From Lama glama (lineage: Eukaryota): 64,000 nucleotides of DNA. Position numbers and translations under genes: made by a program. Of this stretch, positions 51,961-62,889 are shown piece after piece; the first letter of the stretch is position 1; each line of letters begins with the position of its first letter. The stretch is from positions 48,176,001 to 48,240,000 of the forward strand of contig CM052818.1 of the NCBI GenBank assembly GCA_028534125.1. The letters are read 5' to 3'. The notes under the pieces are model-generated. The model had not been told where the DNA came from. It saw only the letters and a list, made by a program, of their open reading frames with translations, and searched no databases.

Positions 51961-53514
51961 AGACTATGTTAGTTGGCCTTACTGAGGAGCGATGGAATTA
52001 ACGCACCTGAGGGAGTTCAGGGTCTGCCTATGGACTTTTTCAGTTAAGGTTAAGGTTTCCTCTCCGCAGAAAACCCCACGGGGATTAGCGCGAGGAGGGT
52101 ACAGCCGTTTGTGGTTTCAAAGTTGAATCACGTTCAGATTCCCTGTCAAACACCCCAAGGATCCCATTGTGTCCACAACTCTTTCTCTTAAGTGTGCTCA
52201 GTGAGACACCGGTCCCGGGACGTGCTGTGGGGAAAGAGAAAGGTGCTGAAGGAGAACAAGTGTGGGTCGCTGCTTTTGCCTCTCCGGGAAGACTCCCGCT
52301 GCAGATGGCTAGTACTTTCCCAGAATCGGGTTACAAGCCGCAAACGGCAGCTCCCCAGAGGTGAGACGCCTCAGAACCACTGGAAGCTAAAGTACACGAT
52401 GAACATTGAAGTAAAAGGTATTTATACATACAAAGTATTCCCCAGATTATTTTTTTAAAACATGAATCCATGAAGATAAATATATTAGTCTTACAGCCAG
52501 AGAAGATTTAGGCGTTGATATGCAGAGATAACCTTTGAGCATCAAATTTCTCCAACTGTGAGACACTCATGTAAAATTCTTACTACTGCCAGCGACACAG
52601 CATTGTAAACGGCAAGAACTAAAATGCTGTCTCCACACTAGTGTGAGACAGAGGAACAGGAAATAATTTACTCATGTTTAAAGGAGATAAAAATAGAAAA
52701 TGCTACCCTAGGAATTATACTTCTGTAGAATTTTCATTGAAGTAATTATGTAATTGCTTATCTACAATGAAACCAAATGAGAGAAAAATTTAAACTACTT
52801 TAAGAGAAGAAAAATATTGCTTTTTTCTAGATCAATAGAGATATTGCTAAATAGCAATTAGAAAAATGGTACCTTACATCCTCTGGAGATAAAATAAGAT
52901 GCAACCATTTTAATAATACATTTTCAAAATGAGCACTTATAAAAACACAAGTCTGTAATCTTATCAAGTCTCCATTTGAGATACTGTATAATCATTTAAA
53001 TAACAGCAATAAAATTAAACAGGAAAAATCAAAATGATTTTACAGGAAATATAAAATAAATTTTTTGCTCTGCCTCCAGATTATCTTGTGGACCTGTTAA
53101 CAAGAATAAAAATACTATAACTATACTTCCTAAAAAAAGACTAAATAAATGCGACAATTAACTCAGGAGTCACACTTAAATAATCTATAGTTATAAACCA
53201 CTATCTAATGACTATCATCCTATCAAGTTTCTAAGGGCCATTGTATAATCACTTAATAGCAATAAAACTGAAAGAAAAAAATCAGATTTATTCAGTAGAG
53301 GGGAAAAAACTTCACCTTCCTTTTGGATCCTCAGGATTAGGTTCCTTGGAATGAGGGACCAAACTGAAGATGATTCACCTGTTTCCAGGATGTGACCAGT
53401 GCTGGATGTAGAGACATTTCATCTGATCAGTGGCAGGTGTGCTGAGCCAAGCAGTTCCTCAGTGGGGGGCATACCTGCAGAGGTAAGCCCTTGCTTTATG
53501 GAATGGGGGGGTAG

Positions 53515-56270
53515 GTTTGTTTTATTTCATTTCATTTATTTTACTTTGTTTTATTTTATTTTGCATTTAGAATGGACAGGGCTCTAATGGACATTGAGTA
53601 ACTTCTTAGCTGAAGACGGTTTTCAAGCTGGCAGTATTGCTGCCCCACTGGATACTGAGGGACCGGCCAACAGGGTGAAGAAGGGGCGTAGTGCCCGGAC
53701 TCGCCAGCCTCCCTGGACAGGGCAGGAATCACATGCTATGAATGGTCACCGTGGGCCACTCAGGCTGGGGCAGGACTGGCAGCACTAGGCTGGGGTCCTC
53801 TGCTCAGGAGCCGCTCCCCGGGAACCCTCTGGTACATCTGACAAGGGGATGAGGTGCAGGACCAGAGCCTGGGCCAGCAGCACCCTGTTCAGGCGGGAGA
53901 GTTTAACTGGAAGATGGGCCCAGTCCCACGCCATGGCCAGGTGCCCCAGCACATGTTCTCTTTCGCTCTTGTGGAAGAGTTGGTGCATCAGGATGGGGGT
54001 GACCTTTCGGAGGCTGTGGATGGGTGGTGACTGGTCCACACTGGGAGCAGGACCCTGGGTGTGGAAACTACCACAGAGAGTGAGGGTCATCCTTCCCTGG
54101 GAATCTGGTCAACCTAAGGATTCCCGGATGGTCTTCAGGGCTTCTGGTAGACACTCCACGTGTAATGTCAAGTGTACAGATATTGCTTAAAACTTTTAAA
54201 TTCTTCAGTATTATCTTGCTTGATGTATTTCTTTCATTACCGTAATTTAACAGGTACCTCTGAGTCAACAGAGCTTTCAACCTATTACTGTAAGTTTTTC
54301 TTTCACGGGAAGTAAGCTGCTTTTGATAACAGGCTTGGATGCTTCCAAGTATTTCTGAGTGAATTTTGGCATGTGTTTTGTGGATATCCAGTCTTTGCAT
54401 ACACTGCTATTCTGTCTGATTTGGAAAACTTCTCCTTTATCTTTGCAGCATAAATTCTGCCTAAATTGGATATCCAGTGAAACTTAATTTTTTCTTCTTG
54501 ATGTATTTCTGTGAAGGTTTAAAGTTTCCAATGGACTGGTTGCTTCTGCTTCCCTGTTTTTTTCTAACTGCAGTGACACTTGCTCGGTTTGGAGACTTTG
54601 CATGTGAACTTGAAGAGCATTGGTAATTTCATCTTCTTCAGTCAACTTAGTACACATTTGATTTCTTTCTTCTTCAAAAGTTTTAAAGTAAATATTTAAT
54701 TCCGCCTCATCAGTCAGTTTCTTTGAAATTCCTTTGATTCCTCTTCCAGGAGGTCTCCGTTTGCAGGACCATTGGCTTTACCTACTTCCCCCTGAGAACC
54801 GCAACGCCAACTCTCTCTTTTTCACAAGTATCCATCCGAAGATTCAGTCTTTCTCTAGAGATTTTTTTTTCCAGTCTAATAACTTCATTTGCTCCTCTTT
54901 TTCATCCTTCAGCTTCTTGTGAAAGCAGCTTCAGACTTCCCAGAACATTGGCATTTTCCTCCTAAGCATCTCTGAGTGCTGCCTGAAATTGTCCTTCACT
55001 GAGCTGATAGATTTTGAGGACTATTTCTATGGCAGCTACTTGAAATTCAGTGTGTTCTGATGCATCTTGTAAAGACTGAAACTGTCTTGTCAAGTCAGTC
55101 ATCAACTCAACTTGTCTAAAACGTTGAGATCCGTCTTCTTTCAGTCCTTTATGAAAAATGTTTATGTTAAAGCCAAGTAAAGAGTCAGAGGTGTCTAGCT
55201 GCTTACTGATGTTTAATGCATTTCTAATAATTTGTTCTCCAGTCTGGTTTGCACTGAGGTTGTCTCAAGGTCTCCAAATACATATTTTGTATTTAAATTA
55301 ATAGACCTTGTTCCTTAGAGGAGCTTTAGTTCTGTAGAAAAGTTAAGCACAGGGAGCTTCCACGTCCTCCCCCTCCCTTCCACGCCACCATATTTACATG
55401 GTTTTTCCCACTGTTATCTTGCACTGACATGGAACATTTATTACAACTGATAAACCAATTATTATTAACTAAAGTTCATAGGTCACATTAGGGTACACTC
55501 CTTGTGTTGTACATTCTATTGGTTTTGCCAAATATGTAATGTCATGTGCCCACCATTTTAGTATCATAATAAAGTGTTTCACTACTCTAAAAATCCCCTA
55601 CATTCCACCTCTTCTTTCCCCCCATCTCCTCTCCTCCTAAAGCCCCTGGAAACCACCGATCTTTTTATTGTCTCCATAGTTTTGCCTTTTCTGGTATGTC
55701 ATATGTTTGGAATCACACACTATGTAGTCTTTTCAGACTGGCTTCTCTCCCTTGGCAATAAATTTGAGTTCATCCATATATTTTCTCGACTTGATAATAT
55801 TATTTTTTATGGCGGAGTAATATTCCATTGTCTACATGCACCACTATTTATTTATTCATTCATCTATTGAAGGGTATCTTGATTGCGTCTAAGTTTTGAC
55901 AATTATAAATAAAACTGCTATAAACATTCATGTCCAGGTTTTTGCATGAACATAAGTTTTCAACTCATTTAGATACCATTTTCAATTAAAAAAAAACATA
56001 TTTTTGTTTATCTAAAAATAGGTTGTCTTTCTTCCGGGAGGCTGGAAAGCCTGTGGCTAGTTTTCTTCTTCTTGAATTAAGTCTGTGATCTTTTCATAAT
56101 TAAAAATATGACTTGACTATGACCATCAACACCCCCATCTCTTGTAGAAGTCCATGGGGATACAGGCCTGATCTCACGTCCCCTGGCAATGCTGGACCCC
56201 TGGCCCAGCAGCCCCTGCAGAGGTACAGCACAGAGCCTCGTGGCCACCACCAGATCCTCCGCACCGCCCA
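53515..56270 (-). pseudogene. MIA2: Processed pseudogene (retrocopy) of cTAGE5 / MIA2 (ER-exit-site coiled-coil cargo receptor), interrupted by an L1 at 55291-55995
   Basis: Minus-strand translation gives collinear cTAGE5-like blocks. N-term: PALPGDVRSGLYPHGLLQE (~AALPEGMRPDSNLYGFPWE) and RRKLA/LSSLPEER (~EKKLA/LSGLIEEK). 55204-54899: KQLDTSDS...ELMTDLTRQFQSLQDAS...KIYQLSE...RDA*EEN...LLSQEAEG*K. 54735-54556: KGISKKLTDEAELNIYFKTFEEERNQ...LQTEQVSLQLEKN (29/60 identical by hand to recalled human cTAGE5). ORF 54068-54400 contains YQKQLTSRERK. Pro-rich tail: PPKGHPHPD, TLPPEQGAAGPG, LLSRGP. No introns; stops at 54962-54964 and 54902-54904; frameshifts; decayed A-rich tail at 53515-53562. Confidence 0.9.
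55291..55995 (-). mobile_element. Old L1 3' end (L1MC1/L1MC2-like) inserted into the cTAGE5 retrocopy
   Basis: Matches the recalled antisense L1MC 3' consensus (aatagac...ttagag...gttgtacattctat...gtttcact...ctaaaaatcc...cccctggaaaccaccgatcttttt...gtctccatagttttgccttttc). Flanked by near-identical acatatttt(t)gt at 55280-55290 and 55996-56007 (TSD). Confidence 0.85.
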
Positions 56271-57839
56271 GAGACCCTGCTGAGACACCTGAGGTGGTCA
56301 AGGCCCTGCCAGCCACAGTGGACTCTAGAGAACACTGGTGAGCATCCTGCCTGAAGCCAAATCAGCTCCTGGCAACTTGCGCTGGTCTCAGGGGAGACTG
56401 AGGAGGGACAGAGCAGTAAACCCTGCTTTGAAAACATTCCTCACTGGGGGCCTGCAGCAATTAGGCCTCATCAGGGTTGGGGGCTGTCTTGGAGGCCAGC
56501 CTAGCACGGTGCAAAGCCAGTGACAGTCCTGCCTGCAGGGGTGGGACAAGCCAACTAGCGGGCTCTTTCAAGCCAACTGTTCCTTCAGGAACTCCTGAAG
56601 AAAATGGGAGAAAGCTGGTAGGCAGCAGTGAACCAAGGCCGCACCCCCGGGCGTCTCCAAGCCAGAACGCCCCCACGCAGGTCCCCACTGCTCCACCGGC
56701 CCCGACCCACAGGCAGGCAGGTGTCTTTAATAAGTGAATTTGGTATTTAAGCCGACTGTATTTCTCGTGAAACTAACCTGTTGTAAAGAATTTGGGGCCT
56801 CAGTTTAATATTTCTGAAACAGCGTCCTAATTGTTGAAAGAAAAAGGGGTTGGGGGGGCACACAGAACGGAAGTTCCTTTAGCCAGGTGCCTCCTGGCTG
56901 CTGAGCGACTTATGTTTATAAAACTTCCAAGCAGGTAAACAAAGGATACCAGCTGCTGAAATATCAGAATACATCCAGTCAAAGGGAACAAAGAAGAAAA
57001 CAAACGAATCATTAAAGCGAAGGACGATTATTGGCATGATGGAGTAAATGAGAGAGACTAGCAGTGATTTAAATCAACACCTGACGACAAAGGCTCAAAG
57101 CACTTAAATAACGATACTCATTAATGTGATAAACAGACCCCACCTTAGGGGGCTAATGTTCTAACTCTCTTGGAAACGACCGCCTCCCACTTTTAAATCA
57201 CCAAAAGCCTTCCATACCGGATTGCTCAATAAACAGTCTGGGTCTGGGATAAAATTCTGATTAAGAAAAGAATTTCCTCTCGGAGGAGAGAGGTGAGCTT
57301 AATTGGCTAGCAGGGCTGACTCTGGGAGTCACAGGTGGGGGAATAAAGGGGACCTAACTTTTTTTAAAAAATGTGCCCATTCAGGCCTTTTACTGGATCG
57401 CATTTAATCCTCACAGCCGAGGGGGTAGGGAGCTCCAACCGATCCCGGAAAGAGCAAAACAGAGGTTCAGAGACGTTCAGCAAGGAAAGAGTCAAGGGGG
57501 GAAGTCGGCCAGCCAGGGGGTTTGGGTGTTTCTGCCCAAGCTCTTCATGCGTTTGTTGGGTTTTCTAACATCAGAGCGGAGCTGGTTGAGAAGCAGGGCG
57601 GCCTGCAGGGTGAGGGCTGTGACTGAGGGACAGCTGTGGCTTGGAGGGAGCTGGGGAGGCGCTTCTGCGCCTGTTACAGGACTAGATCCAGAGCTGCTCT
57701 CACCAGATGAATTCCCTATTGTGTTTTGTATTTTTAACGCTGAGACTGAAATGCTCACCCTGCAAATGGATCACGAAAAACTAGTACTGATGTCTGTCCA
57801 GGATCAGTACCTCCTGGCCGTCTGCTAAGGTCAGAAGTC

Positions 57840-59150
57840 CATCCCGGCCTCTGCGATGCGGCCCTGGGGGCGCCCAGGCCCACTGCCTGTGTGAGGGCTT
57901 CCTCCTCACCACCCTGCCCCAGGCCAGGCGTGTCTGGGGCTCTCGCTTCCCGCACCCCCAGCTCCGGACCAGGGCTGCCTATGAAAATTTCATGCCTCCA
58001 GGTGCTGCATGGATTATTCATGAAGGCTGCAGCGCTGTCGCCATGGGAGCCGATTGGCTGCGGCGTTTTTAGCATATTAATGGCCTGCCCTGTGTGCGTG
58101 CAGGGCAGGGACCCACCTGGATTGTCAGTCAGCGGCGGGACCAGCTTTTCCATTTGCGGAACACGTCGTTTGTTATTGCTTTCCAGACGGCCCCGGGAGT
58201 AATATTTACCTAATTGACTAATCCAAGCAAGCAGGAGGCCCCCCTGGAGCCTCAGAGGTCTCTTAGCGTCTCCCTCTCGCCCCGCTGGCCCCCTGGGGGG
58301 GTCGGCCTCAGGTCACGGCCTCCTCCCTTCCTCTGTCCCTGGCTGGGCTCCCAGGCCAGCGGGCGCCCTGGGCGGTGAGCCCTGAGTCAGGGAGGCCGAG
58401 TAACCCGGCCCAGATCGGCATGTTCGCCCAACCGGTGGAACAGATTGGAAGGTGCTGTGTTAGTGCCAAGGGTGGAGGCCGGGGTGGGGGGGGGGCTTCA
58501 AAGGCTCCTGACGGCACCCCACAAACGGGTCATGGAAAACTAGCCCGATGTACATCCGTGATTAGTAAGAAATGCGCCGGAAATCGCAGGGCCCCGTCAA
58601 ACCTGCGCTCAGCCCAGTGGGGGCGTCGGGGCAACGGCCAGCTAATCCCCATCCGCCAGCCCCTGCGGGGTAGCCGGGGGCCCACGGAGCACGGGGCGGG
58701 GCGTGGGGGGCGCTGGCGGGAAAGACGGGATTCCCGTGCTTCCGGAACGAAGACGACTTTAGCCCAGGTAGGAGTGATGCCGAGCGGAGGCAGGGCCCGG
58801 GGGCGCGCGGGGAGGGCCGCGCCGCTGGCCGGGGCCGACGCGCATCTGCCCAGGGCCCCCAGGGACGGGCGCAGGCCGCAGTGGTCTCCCCGCCGGCGGT
58901 ACCTTTCGAGGAAGAAGGCGGTGTGTTTAGATTTGCCTTCCGTAACATAAGCAGCAGGGGGATGCGGGTTACGCAGCCTGCTCCGGGGGGCTGGGCTGCC
59001 CTTGCTTTTCCGCGACAGCTGAAGGCCGGGGCCCTTCCCCGAGCACCGCGGGGAGGCGGGGGCGGGAGGCGGCGGCGGCCCGAGCGCAGCGCGCAGATGC
59101 TCCAGGGGTTCCGTGACAGGCACGGCGATCGATTTCCGAATTAGCTGGGT
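57840..59150. promoter_or_regulatory. CpG island (promoter/enhancer-like) with no recognisable coding exon
   Basis: Very GC- and CpG-dense stretch (core ~58250-59140) with GC boxes (ggggcgggg ~58693, ~59057) and G-runs. Overlapping ORFs are Gly/Arg/Pro/Ala-rich and match no protein I recognise. Confidence 0.75.
57975..58235. promoter_or_regulatory. Putative enhancer/promoter motif cluster at the CpG-island shore
   Basis: Palindrome ATGAAAATTTCAT 57981-57993; GGATTA 58011-58016; RFX X-box-like GTCGCCATGGGAGC 58037-58050; inverted CCAAT GATTGGCT 58052-58059; AGCATATTAAT 58071-58081; TALE-like TGTCAGTCA 58123-58131; Fox TATTTAC 58203-58209; TAATTG 58211-58216; TAATCC 58219-58224. Confidence 0.55.
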
Positions 59151-60164
59151 TCCTAGACCTCAGAGCACACAGAGGGGAACAAAAACTGGGCAATGTCAAA
59201 AAGGGAAGCCCCCTCCACTCGCCTGGCGTGTACGAAAGAGCCCACGTTAGATGTTCCTGGGCCAACAGCAGCAGGGACCCGTGAGGGGTGCTGGGCAGTG
59301 GTGGGGCTGCCGTCCGGGAGGAGGGAAATTTCTGATCATTTTCCAAGTCCGAAGGGGAGCCTTGCGTGGAGGAAGGGGAGATTGGATTGATACAGGTGAC
59401 GATGAAACCGGCCGGTCATTTGTCATATTTACAGCAAACACATGGCTTTGGATGAAGGAGCTAAAGTTGCTACCATGCTGCGGATCAAGTTAAAAATAGA
59501 AGCCTTTTGGATGCTTCGGGTCACCCTGGAAGCCACACGATGAGGCCAGGGGGTGCAAAGCCAGTGACCTTTGCCTTGGGAGAATTCCAAGACCGTGCTT
59601 TTTGCATGAAAACTTGCACTGTGCATTTTACTCTTGTGTCCTGAGTGCCACCCCCAACAGCTAGGGACTTCACAGGGCTCTCAGGGACTCTACACAGCCT
59701 CACAGGTGAATATGCTTAGGCACAGTGAGGACACAAGGTGCAAATTTCAACTTGGAGAACGATGAGAGTCTTCCTCACCCTATCTGTCAATCTGTACATA
59801 ATATGTATAAACACACTGAAATGCATAAATGGGGTGAATGTGCTATAAAGAGATGACTTCAGGTTAGACTGGGGAGAGATGCATCAAATGTTAGAACTTT
59901 AATGTCCCTAAAAGATGCGTAAGCTTTTCTGAAACTTCTGTTTATTCTAAAAAGGAGACAAATGGCATCCAGACAGGTGATGTGACTTGCTGAGATCCTA
60001 CCAGGAGAATGGGATGAGAGGTCATTCCCGTGGGATCAGTGGGTCAGATCATTGGGAGAATAGATGCAGACTTTGGCACGTTTCCTCCTTGCTGGGTTCA
60101 GTCAGAGGAAATAAGGTGGAATGGAGAATGAAAGGGGAAGAAGTGAGAAAACCACTACACTTGT

Positions 60165-60626
60165 GCTTTTGTTTTGATAATCCTTTTCTCTACTGAAGTA
60201 TAGTTAATTTACAATGTTGTGTTAGTCTGTGGTGTACAGCATAGTGACATATATATATATAAATCATATACATACATAGTGGAACACTACTCATCCATCA
60301 AAGTGAAATAATGCCATTTGCAGCAACATGGATGGACCTAGAGATGATCATACTAAGTGAAGGCAGCCAGACAGAGAAAGACAGATACCATTTGATATCA
60401 CTTATATGTAGAAACTTAAAAAAAAGACACAAATGAACTTATTTACAAAACAGAAACAGACTCACAGACATAGGAAACAAACTGATGGCTACCAAAAGGG
60501 AAAGAGGGGAGGGATCAGCAGAAACAAACTACTATATAGAAAACAGATAAACAGCATGGTTGTACAGTGTAGCACAGGGAACTGGATTCAATAACCTGTA
60601 ATAACCTATAATATCATGAAAAGGAA
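60165..60626. mobile_element. L1 3' end with a 5' inversion (twin-priming structure)
   Basis: Antisense extreme 3' end at ~60191-60270 joined to the sense-orientation upstream L1 segment at ~60278-60626; flanking repeat tacacttgt at 60156-60164 and 60627-60635. Confidence 0.8.
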
Positions 60627-62129
60627 TACACTTGTTTTTAACCCTAAATTGTTCTAGGTCTCCTGTCTACCATGCAGACTCTGAAACCAAACTCAGGCCA
60701 GTAGCTTGGGTCTTCACAAGCCTCAGAATTCAGTGGGTCTAAAACATACCAGAGAATGAAAAACAACAACAACTAAAAAACAGAGATAGACAGAGATAGA
60801 TCATCTTTTCCACCGCTGAAGATTGTTCCTGAAGTAAAGCTTTTGGAAAATAGAAAAAAAAATTACCACAAAATGTCTAAAAATTGCAAGCGCCTGAATT
60901 CGGCCATTTTTGCCTGTAGCCACGGCACCAGGCTTCCTTCAAAAGCTGTCCCGAGGGTCCACTCCCCGCAACCCCGCTCTTCCATGGAAGCTTGGCAGAA
61001 CTAATCTTTACAAAATGTGGTGTCATGTATCCACTTCAGGTGGAGTGAGCTTTTGCCATCATTTGAATAAAGCAATTTGGAGCACATACAGGCACAAAGG
61101 CAGCATCTATATGGTAAATATATACATATGTAATTAGATGGCTGCAAAATTACGTAGGATGATGTTTCAAGAGGCAAAGAGTTCAAAACTGAAATGGAAG
61201 CCTGGTAAATAACCCATTATACCCAGAGGAGTCCTGATTGCCTATTCATAGCTGAAATTTACATGAACCCTTGTTCATTAAAGAATGAATAGCTGCTAAT
61301 TTGCAGCATTACCAAAGCAAAGTTCAGATGACAGAATAAAAAAAAAATAAAAAACAACTCTCCAATCAGAAATGTACCAGCTGTCCCACACAAGCGCCAC
61401 TGTAACTTTCTTAATATACTGGAGACCCTATTTTTAAGTTCTACTATCTAACTAAAACACCCCAGAGAGGGGAAAAATGATGCAGATTGCAGAAATCAAA
61501 TTTAATAATGATAAAGAAAGTAAGAGGGAGAAAAGTCAATCCATCTGTTAAAGCCAATTTAAGTTGCTTTCTTTTGAGCATCTAGTTATTTCCTTACATA
61601 GAAGAAGCTACCTGAGCGTTGTTCAGGGAAATGGGCTCAGGTCCTTATTTAGATCTACCTGTTAAGAGTTTAAAGCAGAGAGAGGGAAGGTGTGACCAAG
61701 GCATCATTCTTGTCCTTAGGAAACTGACAGTCCAGAGAAGGAGCCAGAAACAGTAGGGAGATGGGGCCAAGTGAGGGCTGGTGAGAGTGAAATGCCCTGC
61801 TCTGAATGGATGTCACTCTTCTACCAAGAGCCTAGAGTCTCTGCGTGCTGGAGTCACGGCCGAGGGGCACTGTCAGGGTGGGGGGATGAGCCACTGCTTC
61901 CTCCCAGCAAGGAAACAGAGAGCTGGGGGCTGCATGACTCGGCCAAAGTTACCCAGACAGCATCAAAGCTAGACCCTGACCCACACAGCTTGTGACCCTT
62001 AGATGTTCACATTTCACTTATGGATGATCAGCTTCTCACAGTCAATCCTTCAAAGGTTAAAAGGTAAAGACTAAACACCTTGCCCCTCCTCCACCACCGC
62101 CACCACCGTACACAACCGGCAAAAGTTCA

Positions 62130-62660
62130 ATAATCTTAAGATAATGAGATTCCACAAATCAATTCGAGTAACATGAAAACCAGGAGGAAAACGTTATTTT
62201 GTCTCGGTGATTGTTAAGGGGCACAAATAACAAAAGATCTAAAGTGGCCATCAAATTGTGAACAAAGTTTGTTAGTTCTCAAGAGAATGTAAATCAGAGT
62301 TCAAGTTAAGAACTATACGTCACCTGCAGTCCTGACAACAGTGAAGTCAGTTATGACAACTGGCCTGAGAGAAGCTTAGCAGGAGGAAAAGGACAGTCTG
62401 CAGACTTGCTCGTGGGAAAGCAAATCTCACCGACTTCTCCTCGGAAGGTCAGTTTGGGAACAGAAATAAACAACCAGAAAGATATTCATTTATTCAACCA
62501 GTTCAATTTCTTATACATTTACTGACAAAAGTAGGCAAGAAAACAAAGCTAGGTGCACAAATGTTTACAGTGCATGGAGATGCATCCAAAAATGAAGATC
62601 AATTATCTGCAACACAGAAAGACAAAATTTATGTCCTCCAGATTAATTTATTATAATCCT
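62130..62660 (+). mobile_element. Ancient L1 (L1ME-like) ORF2-end fragment
   Basis: tagttctcaagagaatgtaaatc...acttgctcgtgggaaagcaaat...ggaaggtcagtttgg...tgcacaaatgtttacagtgca. Confidence 0.45.
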
Positions 62661-62679
62661 GTATCATGTTGCGCTTAAC

Positions 62680-62880
62680 AGAGTAAACTCTGGGATGTGA
62701 TCCAACCTTGGCTCCACAAGTTACTTGTTGGGTGATCCAGGATAAGTTATCTAATAGTTTCCTTCCTTGGTGTCCTCGTTTGTAAGATGGGGAGATGCTG
62801 TCACCTACTTCAGGGGATTTCCATGAGTATGAAATAGGCCAACACTTTCTCAGTGTAAAACACTTAGATTAGACTCTGTT
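62680..62880 (+). mobile_element. MIR SINE
   Basis: ccttggctccacaagttactt...ggtgatccaggataagtta...tcctcgtttgtaagatgggga...tgtaaaacacttag. Confidence 0.6.
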
Positions 62881-62889
62881 ACTTCATGT

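Noticed and set aside
54068..54400. 110-aa ORF as a functional cTAGE protein, or as MIA3/TANGO1-derived
   Set aside because: It is a chance open stretch within a frameshifted, stop-containing retrocopy. Diagnostic residues (YQKQ..S.E.K, LQTEQ.SLQ, N-terminal ALP..R) fit cTAGE5 better than recalled MIA3.
57405..57410. Additional TAATCC site near the island
   Set aside because: Lies within catttaatcctcac, a standard antisense MIR word, so it is not independent evidence.
58375..59346. 125-197 aa ORFs in the CpG island
   Set aside because: Gly/Arg/Pro/Ala-rich and present on both strands, as expected from base composition; no homeobox or other domain recognised.
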